A DNA stretch of 64,000 nucleotides from an uncultured Acidimicrobiales bacterium (GCA_937991435.1 CALKPY010000005.1:45854-109853), one strand, 5' to 3'; counted from the stretch's first letter, positions 28,147-39,734 are shown. Made by a program: numbers and translations. Notes: generated from the letters alone by a model not told the origin.

Positions 28147-30646
28147 CAACGCCCCCGACGTTCGAGCCTGGCTCGCACGGGTGCCCGTGCCCCGACTCGG
28201 CGCGATTATCTGGGGACTCGTCATCATCGCTCTCGCTCTGCGGCTTTGGGAGCTCGGCGAACGAGCGATGCACCACGACGAAAGCCTCGATGCATGGTGG
28301 AGTTGGCGATTCCGGGTTGGAACCTACGACGGTTACGACCCCGTGTATCACGGTCCTTTGCGGTTCTACGTCACCGCAGGGCTGTACGAACTGTTCGGCG
28401 AGAGCGAAGCCACGGCGCGCCTGTTTTCGGCCTTGTGTGGCACCGCAGTTGTTGGGCTTCCGTGGTTTCTTCGCCATGAACTAGGCCGTCTCGGAACCAT
28501 CGCAGCATCGACGGCGCTCTGTGTCAGCCCCACGATGCTCTACTACAGTCGGTTTGCCCGAGAAGATGCCCAGATGGTGTTTCTGGCCATGCTTGGTCTG
28601 GTACTTGGCCTTGCCTACCTGAAACGTCCTCGAATCTCCGTCGCTGCCGGACTGATGTTCTCACTCGCCGCCAGCTTCGCAATCAAGGAATCGACCTACC
28701 TCTTTGGGTTACTTATCGCGGTCTATGCGGTGATTGTGTTGGCCGCACAGTTCGATGCCCAACAGCGCTACTTCGACGGCCGCTCCGATGAACCTGAGCG
28801 CCTGCACGCCGGTTTCTTTGCCTCGGCCATGGGTCTCGCAAGCGTCGGACTTATTGCTGTTGCGGTCTCAGGCAACCTCGGCGATGAGCTCTTTGCCGCA
28901 ATCGCCCTCTACTTTGCGGTACTCGCGGCGTTCGTGTTCGTTGTTGCGCTACCCCGGTTGAGGGTGGCTCGCCTGCACTGGAGCCAGCTAAACATTGGCG
29001 CATCGGTGATTGCGCTCGTCGCCATGGCTGCTGCTGGCCTCGCAATGAGCAGGCGAGACTTCGGTACCCGACCGGTGCTTGAAGACGGTTCGCTCGATTG
29101 GAGCCTTGGTTACGTCGCTCTCGGCGCGCTCATCGCACTCTGCGGGCTGTGTGTGGTTTGGGCAACCTTCGGCTACCAGCGAGACCCTTCGTCTCTGGTC
29201 GCTGCTAACGATTCAGCGATGTCGTCGCCAATCATCCCCGCTTTTGGCGGTGCCCTGCTCGGTGCAGGCTTACTGATCATGATCGGTGAATATTTGAGCG
29301 TGCTCACCCCTGGCGCGTTGGTAATCCTCGTGTTGGTCTGTTGCCTGGCCATTGCGTCACTAGTGGCGTTTCGCCCCCAGGTCACGAACCCTGATTTCCA
29401 GTGGCCGTCGACGCTCCGCTCGATTGGTGCAATCGGCTGGATCGGATGGGGCATCGCACTCGTGGTGTTTGCCGTTACGTGGGTGGTGTGCTTCACGGTC
29501 TTCTTCGAGCGGCGCGGTGACTGGGCAACCGGATTCACCAGCGCCATCAACTACTGGGATAGCCAACAAGAGGTCAACCGTGGCGGCCAGCCCTGGTACT
29601 ACTACCTGTACGCATTGCCCGCGTACGAGTGGCTGTTTGTCGGCTTGGCATTCGTCGGCGGTTGGCGGGCGCTTCGCCGTCCAACAGTAACGACCGGTGT
29701 CTTCGTCTGGTTCACAATCGGCAGTCTGATTCTGTACAGCTACGCCGGCGAACGCATGCCCTGGCTCATCGCCCATCCGCTTCTACCGTTGCTGGTCGTC
29801 GCTGGTCTCGGCGTCAACGTGTTGTGGGAGAACCGCCACAGGGCTCTCATGCCAGCCGTCGCGGTAGCGCTGTTGTTCGGCCTCCTAGCCACCACCGGCA
29901 CATCGGTACGGTCGAGCTTCTCCAACGGCGCCGATGGGCGTGAGATCCTCAGCCAAGCGGGCCAGGCCACGCCGCACCTGGTGGCCGCGCTCGAACGCAT
30001 CGAAAATATCGATCGCATCGCCCGGCAGAGCACCGGCGAATCGGTGCGTATTGCGGTGCCGACATCAAACGCATGGCCGTACAGCTGGTACTTCCGGGAG
30101 AATCCAAACATCGTCTGGTATGGCGACGAAGGACCGCCGCGCGACGGCAGCGTCGACATCATCATCGCCGACTACGGCACGATTGAGCCGTCAGAGTTCG
30201 ATGACTATTTCGCCACGTTGTATGCGATGCGGTCGTGGTGGGTTCCGACATACACCGACGCCAGCGTGATCGACTGGGTCAGCTGGGTTCGCGACCGATC
30301 GTTGTGGGAACAAGATCCCAACCCGAACTTCGCTGGAATTACCGAAGTTGAAGAACTCGATCAAGACTTTTCTCAGCTCGACAAGGCTGAGCGTCTCGGC
30401 GATGGCATCAACGACGCAGCGTCGCGGTGGATCGGTTTTGCTGGCGCAGATTCCGATCGCGTTCCCGATGCGATCGACCCCAACGCCTATGTCGAGCCAG
30501 ACGATGGTCGCGACGGGTGCGGGTCCGTTGATCAGTGGTTCATGGTCAGCGGGCGTTACGCCTGGATTGAGTTGACGAGCTACCCAGGGCCAATCGATGC
30601 AATGGCGCCGCTCGCCTGTGCCAGCGATTCGTTCGCAACCCCATAA
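28103..30646 (+). CDS. TIGR03663-type membrane protein (PMT/ArnT-like GT-C fold, DE + HGP motifs), function unknown
   Basis: N-terminal LRLWELGERAMHHDESLDAWW (DE at 28277-28282) and YDPVYHGPLRFY (HGP at 28349-28357) match the invariant DE and HGP described for TIGR03663. Many TMs. The start is uncertain (28079, 28103, or later). Confidence 0.75.
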   Translation: MSSIATPAGPSSKSDNAPDVRAWLARVPVPRLGAIIWGLVIIALALRLWELGERAMHHDESLDAWWSWRFRVGTYDGYDPVYHGPLRFYVTAGLYELFGESEATARLFSALCGTAVVGLPWFLRHELGRLGTIAASTALCVSPTMLYYSRFAREDAQMVFLAMLGLVLGLAYLKRPRISVAAGLMFSLAASFAIKESTYLFGLLIAVYAVIVLAAQFDAQQRYFDGRSDEPERLHAGFFASAMGLASVGLIAVAVSGNLGDELFAAIALYFAVLAAFVFVVALPRLRVARLHWSQLNIGASVIALVAMAAAGLAMSRRDFGTRPVLEDGSLDWSLGYVALGALIALCGLCVVWATFGYQRDPSSLVAANDSAMSSPIIPAFGGALLGAGLLIMIGEYLSVLTPGALVILVLVCCLAIASLVAFRPQVTNPDFQWPSTLRSIGAIGWIGWGIALVVFAVTWVVCFTVFFERRGDWATGFTSAINYWDSQQEVNRGGQPWYYYLYALPAYEWLFVGLAFVGGWRALRRPTVTTGVFVWFTIGSLILYSYAGERMPWLIAHPLLPLLVVAGLGVNVLWENRHRALMPAVAVALLFGLLATTGTSVRSSFSNGADGREILSQAGQATPHLVAALERIENIDRIARQSTGESVRIAVPTSNAWPYSWYFRENPNIVWYGDEGPPRDGSVDIIIADYGTIEPSEFDDYFATLYAMRSWWVPTYTDASVIDWVSWVRDRSLWEQDPNPNFAGITEVEELDQDFSQLDKAERLGDGINDAASRWIGFAGADSDRVPDAIDPNAYVEPDDGRDGCGSVDQWFMVSGRYAWIELTSYPGPIDAMAPLACASDSFATP

Positions 30647-33600
30647 ATCGCCAACCCCCGCTCGCCGCTGAACACTTCGACCAGCGCCGGATGGGTTCGA
30701 AACAACTCAAGGGTGGCCGGATTAGCCGACGCCCGTTCCAAGGTTCCAACGACGACAAACTCAACGTCGTAGGTTCGTAGGAACCTTGTGACTTCGGCTG
30801 GGTCGGTCGTTTGATACAGCGCATCGACGTCGCGAATGCGCTCACCTACCTTGCCGCTAAAGATCCCACGTTGTTGTTCCTGGTGCCACTGCCAGCCAAC
30901 AACAGCTGGGAGCCCAGTATTGATGCTCATGCGTGACCACCACTGATAAAGCGGGCCGACACCTTCGACGATCGTGGGGCGCCCCTCAACCCGGCGCAAC
31001 CACTCAATGAGCGCCAGGTCTTCAGATGGGTCAACCCGGTGTTCGTTGTCACGAAGATCTCGCACCCCGACCTCGACTACTCCTGGCTTAAGCCAGATGG
31101 TTCCGTCAAGCGAAGGGCCCAGGGTCGAATCAACCCGTGCGGCTTGCCGAGGAAGCACTGCAAGCACCGGATACGCCATCGCTGCGACCAACAACAACGA
31201 GAAACCAACACGGAACCCTTGCTGCAGGCGAGGACGCACAAGCGCCCAATCGATGGTCAGCGCAGATCCGACGCGGTCGCGAACTGGTGTGCTTGTGCGA
31301 TGCTGGACCACTTCAGACAGCAGCCACATCGCCGAAAATGCCGTTGCTACGGCAAACAGGTGCCAGACCTGCAACCAGAACTTAAACACCGTGTTCAGAC
31401 GAGCGATATCAGCGTTGAAGGTAAAGATTTCAACGGCAACCAATACAGCAAACCCAAGGAGCCAACACGCTGCCACAATCGTGTGCGCCGTTGACACCTG
31501 TTGCCTGCCGATCTCGAACAGCAACACTGAAGCGGCGAGGCTGAGGCCAACGAAGGCCCATGCGGCCACCGAACCGACGAGCAGGTGTATTCCTACGAAC
31601 CCGCAAAGTATTGCGGGGGCCGCCACGATCGACGTCATAGTTCGAGCGGCGAAAAGTTGTGTGAGCCGAACCACAAGATACGCCGCGCCCACAAACAGGA
31701 ACACGCCCCAGTGGGCAATCCAGTCGTCGAGGTTGGTCTGCGACTCGGCCCGGTGCACACCCGTATCGGTGGCCTGATTGTTCGAACGGTAAGGCGCTGA
31801 CACCACGAGATGGGCGACGCCGAATGCCACAAGACGGATGAAAGCGTCTCGAACCCTCCACCAGCGTGGCCCTGTGCCGATGATCGCCCCGATGATGATG
31901 CTGGCGCCGCCGATGGCGCCGACGGCGGGAAGATCCCAGGTGTGCACCATGCGCACCACAGCTGTCAATGCTCCCATAGCAGCGACGAGCACGATGACTG
32001 GCTGCGAACGCCTCGAACGCTCGACTACAAACACCGCCAGCCCGAGCATGAGCCCAAAGAACGTCATGTTCATGAAATGGGGATGCAGGTCCGCGAACAG
32101 AATCGTGAAGCTTGGGAATTCGGTGACCTCGAACCCCGCGCTGTTCTTGTTCACCCGGCTCGGGTCCCACCAGTCGAAATCAACGAGCGGCAGGTCTTCG
32201 CGCAGACGTCGTATCGCTTGGCGAAACGCGTCGAGGTTTCCTACAACAGCAAACAGCACCGCGGTCAACAACCCCGCCCGCGCCGGAGACAAGCGTCTTC
32301 CGGTTTGGCGATGGGCTAGATCAGCCAGCACGGCCGCAGTGGCAAATACCGTGACAACGGCGAGGGCTGCGTAGGTAGCAACGCCGAGATTGAAGGTCAC
32401 CGCCGGCAATAGACCGAGGAGTTTGGCGGGCACCGCCAGCATGAACCAGCCGCCGTAGTAGTAATTCAACGCACCACCGGCGAACCAAGGGTCATACGGT
32501 GGCAATGTCGTCGAGCCAGTAACCGCAGTCAAGTACGCGAGCTCCATGGGCTTTTCGCCGCCTTGCCATGGGTGCCACGAGTCAGGATTCAGCGCACGGA
32601 GCGCCAGAACGGCAAGGAATGCCAGCGTGAAGATCAATTCCGCTTGCCACATGATTCGGCGATGAGCGTGCCATACAGCAACGAGTTCCTTGGCGTTGCG
32701 ACGGGCCATTACGACACCACCGCAGACCAGAACCAGTAGAACGAACCCGATCAACCTTGTTGAAAAGGTGGCCAAGCCAAATGAGACGATTAGCCAAACA
32801 GGCATGGCGAAGGCAAGCAGGCCAATGACTTTGCTATAGCCATAAGCCACGCCCGCAGAACGGCCTGCCAGCTTGGCGACCACCGGAATCGACGCGAACG
32901 CAGCGATTTGTAAGATCGCGTACCACGACACCGCAGCACCAAGACCGCTCGATTCGTTGTGGTGCACCGCATCAAAACCATCGCCAGATTGCTGCGCCTC
33001 GTAGCTGGCGGGCCGCAACATCGCCGCGTTGGCATAGGCGTCTTTGGGTACCGCGTTTATCGCGGTACGAGCCCGATCCGGGTTGAGCAGTTGGGTCGCG
33101 CGGTCGCGGCTGAACTGACTGGTCTTGCGCCAGATGTACACGGTCGGGTGGTCATAGACGGTGAAGGCTTCCTCGGCGCGCGAATCGTCGATTGTCAGCC
33201 CGAGTAACGATGGCTGATTCTGAAACGTCGCCAACAACTCGAAGCCGAGGGATCCGTCGAACAAACGCTCGTAGTAGGTCGTGATCTGAGGGAAGCGGGC
33301 CGGTGTCAGCGGCAGAGCATCATAAAACTTGTTGCTCGACTCGATCACGTAGTCAGTCGCATCGAGACCGTCGATTAGGTTCGTGATGCCCTCGGTAGTG
33401 TCGCCAACAAACGAGAATGGCCGCAGCACGATGTATTCGAACTCAGAAGGCTGACCCCACGGCAAGCCGTCATCCCATTCTTGAACCGTGACCGCGGCGG
33501 TTGGCGGCAGGTTGTCGAGCATCCAGTCGCCGGCGGCCATGCGAGCGTTGTCATTGCCATACACGCCGTTCGCGAACGCCAACCCCCAGAACACCGTTGC

Positions 33601-35004
33601 GCCGACCGAGAGCACGACCAGACCACGAATGAGGCGAGCGAGTTCAGGACGCAGCTGCTCAGCGGTTGCGCTACGCCAAAGAGCTACGAGTCCGCAGCCA
33701 GCCAGGGCAGCAAGCACCGGATACGCCGGTTGCAGGTATCGCACGATGGCGTAGAACTGAAATGTGACCAGGACCAGATACGCGGCGACAACCGCGAGCG
33801 GAATCGCCCAATAGTGCTCACCTCGGCGAATTCGCATGGCGGCACGCACACAACCGGCCAGAGCAGCGAGCGCCAAACCAGGTCCCATGCCCCAGAGAAA
33901 TAGCTGCTTGAGTGGGTGCCACAACGGTGTCTTGCCGACGAGCGGCTGAACCCACGGCCAGTTGCCGCCTTGGTTGACGTCTGACAGGTACGCGATGTCC
34001 TTTTCGAACTCAGCGTTAAAGATGAGCGACAACCCCGCCTGAAAGTCATACGGCTGCACGACGCGATAGGCGACCACCGAAGCCAACGCCATCACGATCC
34101 AGGGTTCAACGCTTCGGAACAAAGACCGGAAGCCCGATCGAATCTCGGATCGTTGCCGCAACGAATCGAGGTGAGGCCAAGCGACAACGAGGGCTGCGAC
34201 CATAGGGGCCGCAAACGCCGCGACGCCGTTGAGTTTCGAACCAATGGCGCAGCCCAGCGCAAGCGCGGTTAACAGCCTGGTCGGCCAACCGCCCTGGCCG
34301 CGCGCGAGCCTGACCGACCCGAGAACGGCGCTCGCAACGAAAAAGGCCACCCACGGTTCGCTTCCGAGAAAGTGGGAGTACTGAATGTGCAGAACGGTCA
34401 GGGCCTGCAACAGCGCCGCCAACAACCCAGCTCGACGGCCCATGAGAGCCGCCCCGAGAGCGAACACAACCAACACAGTCGCCGTGTCGACAAGCGCACT
34501 CATCAGTCGTCCGACGATCGTCACGTCGTAGCCCGTGTTGAACCGCAGTCGCTCCCCCACCGGGCCGTCACGGTCGTGAAGCAGATTGATACCAATGGCG
34601 TCTAGTCCGCTGGTCACCGGCGCCATGAAATCAGTCATCAGAACCGCTGCCGCGGCCTCAGACGCCCACAGCGGCAGGGTGCCGTAGACGTAGTTGTCTT
34701 TGTACACCCGAGGATTCAGCGGCGACCGCTCAGGATCGAGTACCTCGCTGGCGGTCCACTGATCTGGGTTCTGCACGTTGGCAGCGACATCGCTCCAGAA
34801 TCGCTCGTCGGGGTGCAGATGGGTGCCTCGATCCCAGTCGAGGTTCCAGGCACGAAGCGCAAACGCGAGCAGCAAAATGAGCGCGAGCAACCATCGGTGA
34901 CGGTCGATAAGACGGCGCGGAGTAGACGCTCTTTGCGTTTTCGCATCGATGTGAGCGCCCTCTATGAGTGCGCCCTCGATGTGCGCGGTGTCAGCTGAGC
35001 TCAC
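30580..35004 (-). CDS. DUF2298 / Chlor_Arch_YYY (TIGR03662-type) giant polytopic membrane protein with N-terminal PMT-like module
   Basis: 1474 aa. N-terminal LRAWNLDWDRGTHLHPDERFW (DE at 34804-34809). Central GALNYYYGGWF motif (YYY codons at 32456-32464). More than 25 hydrophobic segments. Soluble C-terminal domain. Confidence 0.8.
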   Translation of the reverse strand: MSSADTAHIEGALIEGAHIDAKTQRASTPRRLIDRHRWLLALILLLAFALRAWNLDWDRGTHLHPDERFWSDVAANVQNPDQWTASEVLDPERSPLNPRVYKDNYVYGTLPLWASEAAAAVLMTDFMAPVTSGLDAIGINLLHDRDGPVGERLRFNTGYDVTIVGRLMSALVDTATVLVVFALGAALMGRRAGLLAALLQALTVLHIQYSHFLGSEPWVAFFVASAVLGSVRLARGQGGWPTRLLTALALGCAIGSKLNGVAAFAAPMVAALVVAWPHLDSLRQRSEIRSGFRSLFRSVEPWIVMALASVVAYRVVQPYDFQAGLSLIFNAEFEKDIAYLSDVNQGGNWPWVQPLVGKTPLWHPLKQLFLWGMGPGLALAALAGCVRAAMRIRRGEHYWAIPLAVVAAYLVLVTFQFYAIVRYLQPAYPVLAALAGCGLVALWRSATAEQLRPELARLIRGLVVLSVGATVFWGLAFANGVYGNDNARMAAGDWMLDNLPPTAAVTVQEWDDGLPWGQPSEFEYIVLRPFSFVGDTTEGITNLIDGLDATDYVIESSNKFYDALPLTPARFPQITTYYERLFDGSLGFELLATFQNQPSLLGLTIDDSRAEEAFTVYDHPTVYIWRKTSQFSRDRATQLLNPDRARTAINAVPKDAYANAAMLRPASYEAQQSGDGFDAVHHNESSGLGAAVSWYAILQIAAFASIPVVAKLAGRSAGVAYGYSKVIGLLAFAMPVWLIVSFGLATFSTRLIGFVLLVLVCGGVVMARRNAKELVAVWHAHRRIMWQAELIFTLAFLAVLALRALNPDSWHPWQGGEKPMELAYLTAVTGSTTLPPYDPWFAGGALNYYYGGWFMLAVPAKLLGLLPAVTFNLGVATYAALAVVTVFATAAVLADLAHRQTGRRLSPARAGLLTAVLFAVVGNLDAFRQAIRRLREDLPLVDFDWWDPSRVNKNSAGFEVTEFPSFTILFADLHPHFMNMTFFGLMLGLAVFVVERSRRSQPVIVLVAAMGALTAVVRMVHTWDLPAVGAIGGASIIIGAIIGTGPRWWRVRDAFIRLVAFGVAHLVVSAPYRSNNQATDTGVHRAESQTNLDDWIAHWGVFLFVGAAYLVVRLTQLFAARTMTSIVAAPAILCGFVGIHLLVGSVAAWAFVGLSLAASVLLFEIGRQQVSTAHTIVAACWLLGFAVLVAVEIFTFNADIARLNTVFKFWLQVWHLFAVATAFSAMWLLSEVVQHRTSTPVRDRVGSALTIDWALVRPRLQQGFRVGFSLLLVAAMAYPVLAVLPRQAARVDSTLGPSLDGTIWLKPGVVEVGVRDLRDNEHRVDPSEDLALIEWLRRVEGRPTIVEGVGPLYQWWSRMSINTGLPAVVGWQWHQEQQRGIFSGKVGERIRDVDALYQTTDPAEVTRFLRTYDVEFVVVGTLERASANPATLELFRTHPALVEVFSGERGLAIYGVANESLAQASGAIASIGPG

Positions 35005-35039
35005 AAGGCGTGCACCAACATCAGAGAAAATGTTCAGGC

Positions 35040-35333
35040 TCAGGCGTCGCCAGGAACGAGATGCGGAACCTGGTCGCGCATAGCCGTCAATACCTCATCG
35101 AGGCTCGGGTTGACCAGCGCCGTCTCACCTATTCGCAGGGTCGGAACGACTTCATTGCCGTTGGCGACCGAGCGCACAAACGCTGCATGATCGGTGTTTT
35201 CCCAGATGTTGAACTTCGCAAAGGGCACCGCTGCCGACGTCAACGAGCGCTCCAACCCGGCGCAGAATCCGCACCCGGGACGCCAGAAAAATTCGATGTG
35301 GTCAGCGGCTGCATCGTGGGACTCCGGGATCAT
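35040..35333 (-). CDS. mycoredoxin-like glutaredoxin family protein
   Basis: 97 aa. FFWRPGCGFCAGL (CxxC) and NGNEVVPTLRIGETALVNPS, which resembles the mycoredoxin C-terminal signature. Confidence 0.7.
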   Translation of the reverse strand: MIPESHDAAADHIEFFWRPGCGFCAGLERSLTSAAVPFAKFNIWENTDHAAFVRSVANGNEVVPTLRIGETALVNPSLDEVLTAMRDQVPHLVPGDA

Positions 35334-35380
35334 TAGGCAACACTACCGAGGATGACTTCCCTCAGAGGTGGCACCCGCCC

Positions 35381-37138
35381 GTGATTCTTGTTGACGCCCA
35401 GGGAATTTCCCTCAGCCATCACGGCGGGATTGTGATCGATAACGCGTCGTTTACCGTCCAATCGGGGGACCGCATTGGAGTAGTCGGTCACAACGGAGCA
35501 GGAAAGAGCACGCTTCTCGGCCTGTTGACCGGTCAGATCACACCCGACTCTGGAGTCGTGCGCAGCGAAGGCGGCGTGCGTATGTCTGCGTTGGCTCAAC
35601 AACCGGTATTTGACGACGTAACAGCTCTCGTTGCCGTCGGTGACTCTTGGGAAGCCGAAGCCGTGCTCGACCGCCTCGGCCTCGGCGACCGGGTCAACGA
35701 CAATGTGCTGACTATGTCGGGCGGCGAGCAGCGCAGGGTGGCGCTCGCTCGGGCCTTGGTCGCGCCATGCGACCTGCTGATTCTCGACGAACCCACCAAC
35801 CATCTAGACATCGACGCCATCGACTGGCTCGAGGAACGGCTTGGCAAATTCAACGGCGGTCTACTTCTTGTTTCGCACGATCGACACCTGCTCGATGCAG
35901 TGACGACACGCATGCTTGAAGTCGATAAGGGTGCGCTTCACAGCCACGAGACCGGCTACCGCGGCTATCTGCAAGCGCGAGAGAGCCGTGTCGCGGCCGA
36001 TGAGCAAGCCGAGACGGTTCGAAGCAATCTCGCTCGGCGAGAAGCTGAATGGCTCAAGCGCGGCGCACCGGCGCGCACCCGTAAGCCAAAGGCACACATC
36101 GCTCGAGCCGAAGCCGTGCAGGTCAGCACCAGATCAAACGACATTCGCGATGGCGGCCTAAACCTGCATAGCCAAACGCCGCGACTCGGTACGCAGGTGA
36201 TCGAACTCGAGAACGTGAGCGCCTCGATCGGCGATCGGGTTCTGTTCCGAGAAATGACCGCGCTCCTCGACCCCAACGAACGCCTCGGGATTGTCGGGCC
36301 GAACGGCACCGGCAAGTCGACGCTGCTCGACATCATCGCTCGGCGACGCGAACCGTCAGAGGGCCGGGTGACGATTGGTTCAACGGTGCAACTCGCGTAC
36401 TTCGACCAGATGGGGGCCGGTCTCGACTCGAAACAGCGGGTTATCGATGCCTTTACCGGAGGGCGCCGCGAGCCCGATTGGCGCGACAAGGCGCTGCTTG
36501 AACGATTCTGGTTTGACGCTGCCACCCAGTATTCGCCTATTGGCGATCTTTCTGGCGGTGAGCGTCGCCGTTTACAGCTGGTGATGGCACTCGCTCAGAA
36601 CCCGAACGTCTTGTTACTCGATGAGCCAACCAACGACCTCGATCTCGACACCTTGCGCGCTCTCGAAGATTTCCTCGACGACTGGCCCGGCGCTCTGGTC
36701 GTCGTGAGTCACGACCGGGCGTTCCTGGAACGGGTGGTGACCGATGTCGTCGTCATCGACGAGTCACTCCGGGCCGAGCGCCGTCCAGGCGGCTTCGCCG
36801 TGTGGGTCGAAGAACGGCGGTCGCAACGGCGACGTGGCCATGCCGTGCGAAAATCGACTGAAACCTCAGCGACTTCGCCGCCCGAGCGAACAGGTGAGCC
36901 ACAGGTTACTTCAAATCCGACACGTTCAAAGTCGACGATTCGACACGACCTGAAACAGGCGGACAAGGCGCTGGCTAAAGCAACCAACAAGGTCGAGGCG
37001 CTTCAAGCCGACATTGAAACTCTCACAGACCATCAAAAACTGGCAGACGTTGGCACCGAGCTTCAGCGCGCCCAGAAGCATCTTGATGAGATCGAAGAAC
37101 GCTGGATCGAGCTGTCGGTCGAGCTCGAAGACAGTTGA
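35381..37138 (+). CDS. ABC-F family ATPase (two ABC domains plus C-terminal coiled coil, Uup-like)
   Basis: Walker A GHNGAGKST and GPNGTGKST. Signatures LSGGEQRRVALA and LSGGERRRLQL. No TM domain. 585 aa. Confidence 0.9.
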   Translation: MILVDAQGISLSHHGGIVIDNASFTVQSGDRIGVVGHNGAGKSTLLGLLTGQITPDSGVVRSEGGVRMSALAQQPVFDDVTALVAVGDSWEAEAVLDRLGLGDRVNDNVLTMSGGEQRRVALARALVAPCDLLILDEPTNHLDIDAIDWLEERLGKFNGGLLLVSHDRHLLDAVTTRMLEVDKGALHSHETGYRGYLQARESRVAADEQAETVRSNLARREAEWLKRGAPARTRKPKAHIARAEAVQVSTRSNDIRDGGLNLHSQTPRLGTQVIELENVSASIGDRVLFREMTALLDPNERLGIVGPNGTGKSTLLDIIARRREPSEGRVTIGSTVQLAYFDQMGAGLDSKQRVIDAFTGGRREPDWRDKALLERFWFDAATQYSPIGDLSGGERRRLQLVMALAQNPNVLLLDEPTNDLDLDTLRALEDFLDDWPGALVVVSHDRAFLERVVTDVVVIDESLRAERRPGGFAVWVEERRSQRRRGHAVRKSTETSATSPPERTGEPQVTSNPTRSKSTIRHDLKQADKALAKATNKVEALQADIETLTDHQKLADVGTELQRAQKHLDEIEERWIELSVELEDS

Positions 37139-37198
37139 TTCCGACACACTGCGCTTGAGAAGGTCGAACTTTGGGGTGCGACCCATAGCCTGCAATCC

Positions 37199-37822
37199 AT
37201 GAGTGACGTCACCACCGATGAGATCGTTCTCGACATCAGCGAAGAAGCGCTTTTCAAAGTCATGGATGTACGGGCGGCCGAAGACGAAGGGCCCGCGCTC
37301 GGGCTTCGTGTCGAGGTAACCGGTGTTGAGGGCGTTGACTACGCATACGACCTGGCGTTCGAGCCGGTGGCCGAAGCGACCGACGCCGACATTGTGTACT
37401 CGGTCGGCGAGCTGACGATCATGGTGCCGCTGACGAGCGTTGACAAGCTACGCGGAGCCACACTGGATCTGCCGAGCAACCCAATGCAAGGCGGGCTTGT
37501 CATTCGCAACCCGAATCGCCCCAACCCCTTGGGCGACACCGAGTCAATCGAGCTCAGCGGAACGATCGAAGAAAAGGTCCAGCAGCTCCTGACCCAGCAG
37601 ATCAACCCATCGCTCGCCGCGCACGGCGGCTGGGCAGGGCTCGACCGGGTCGACGGCACCGAGGTCTATGTCACCATGGGCGGCGGTTGTCAGGGTTGCG
37701 CCATGAGCGCTGCAACCCTGCGCGAAGGCATCACCGTGATGATCAGCGAGATGATTCCTGAGGTCACCGAAGTGATCGACACAACAGACCACAACGCCGG
37801 TGAAACGCCGTACTACGCCTAA
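37199..37822 (+). CDS. NfuA-like Fe-S cluster carrier (degenerate A-type domain plus Nfu C-terminal domain)
   Basis: The N-terminal HesB/IscA-like domain lacks Cys. The C-terminal INPSLAAHGGWAGLDRVDG...GGGCQGCAMS carries the Nfu CxxC motif. Confidence 0.8.
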   Translation: MSDVTTDEIVLDISEEALFKVMDVRAAEDEGPALGLRVEVTGVEGVDYAYDLAFEPVAEATDADIVYSVGELTIMVPLTSVDKLRGATLDLPSNPMQGGLVIRNPNRPNPLGDTESIELSGTIEEKVQQLLTQQINPSLAAHGGWAGLDRVDGTEVYVTMGGGCQGCAMSAATLREGITVMISEMIPEVTEVIDTTDHNAGETPYYA

Positions 37823-37823
37823 C

Positions 37824-37861
37824 GCTTGAGTTTGGGCCTGCGGCTTGAGTTTGGGCCTGCG
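37824..37861. repeat. 19-bp tandem repeat x2 (gcttgagtttgggcctgcg) plus a degenerate partial third copy
   Basis: Read directly just after the nfuA-like stop (37820-37822). Followed by cttcagttggag, a diverged partial unit. Confidence 0.85.
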
Positions 37862-37904
37862 CTTCAGTTGGAGTAGCCCCGACCGAAGCCTAAGACGACC
37901 CGGT

Positions 37905-37926
37905 CACGCAGGCAGGCGCCTGCGTG
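37905..37926. terminator. GC-rich hairpin between convergent genes (cacgcaggc-aggc-gcctgcgtg)
   Basis: Perfect 9-bp stem with a 4-nt loop. It abuts the stop codon of the minus-strand gene at 37927. There is no clear U-tract, so assignment as an intrinsic terminator is tentative. Confidence 0.45.
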
Positions 37927-39585
<1,659 letters not shown>

Positions 39586-39734
39586 TCATTTCGTGAGCTC
39601 GTGGCCAGTAGCCCTGCGTTGGTAGAGGGTAGGTCAACATGACAACATCTTGCGGTCAGACTGCTAGGCAAATCCGCCTAGGCTCTGCTCTCGATGCAGT
39701 CCCCCGCAGACCTAGCTTCGTCGAGGGGCGATTC

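Noticed and set aside
30974-32374. Plus-strand ORFs of 267, 169 and 178 aa, and an alternative minus-frame ORF of 246 aa, inside the DUF2298 gene.
   Set aside because: They lie antisense or out of frame to a continuous 1474-aa ORF with a coherent TM pattern and conserved motifs. Their composition is the usual GC-rich artefact.
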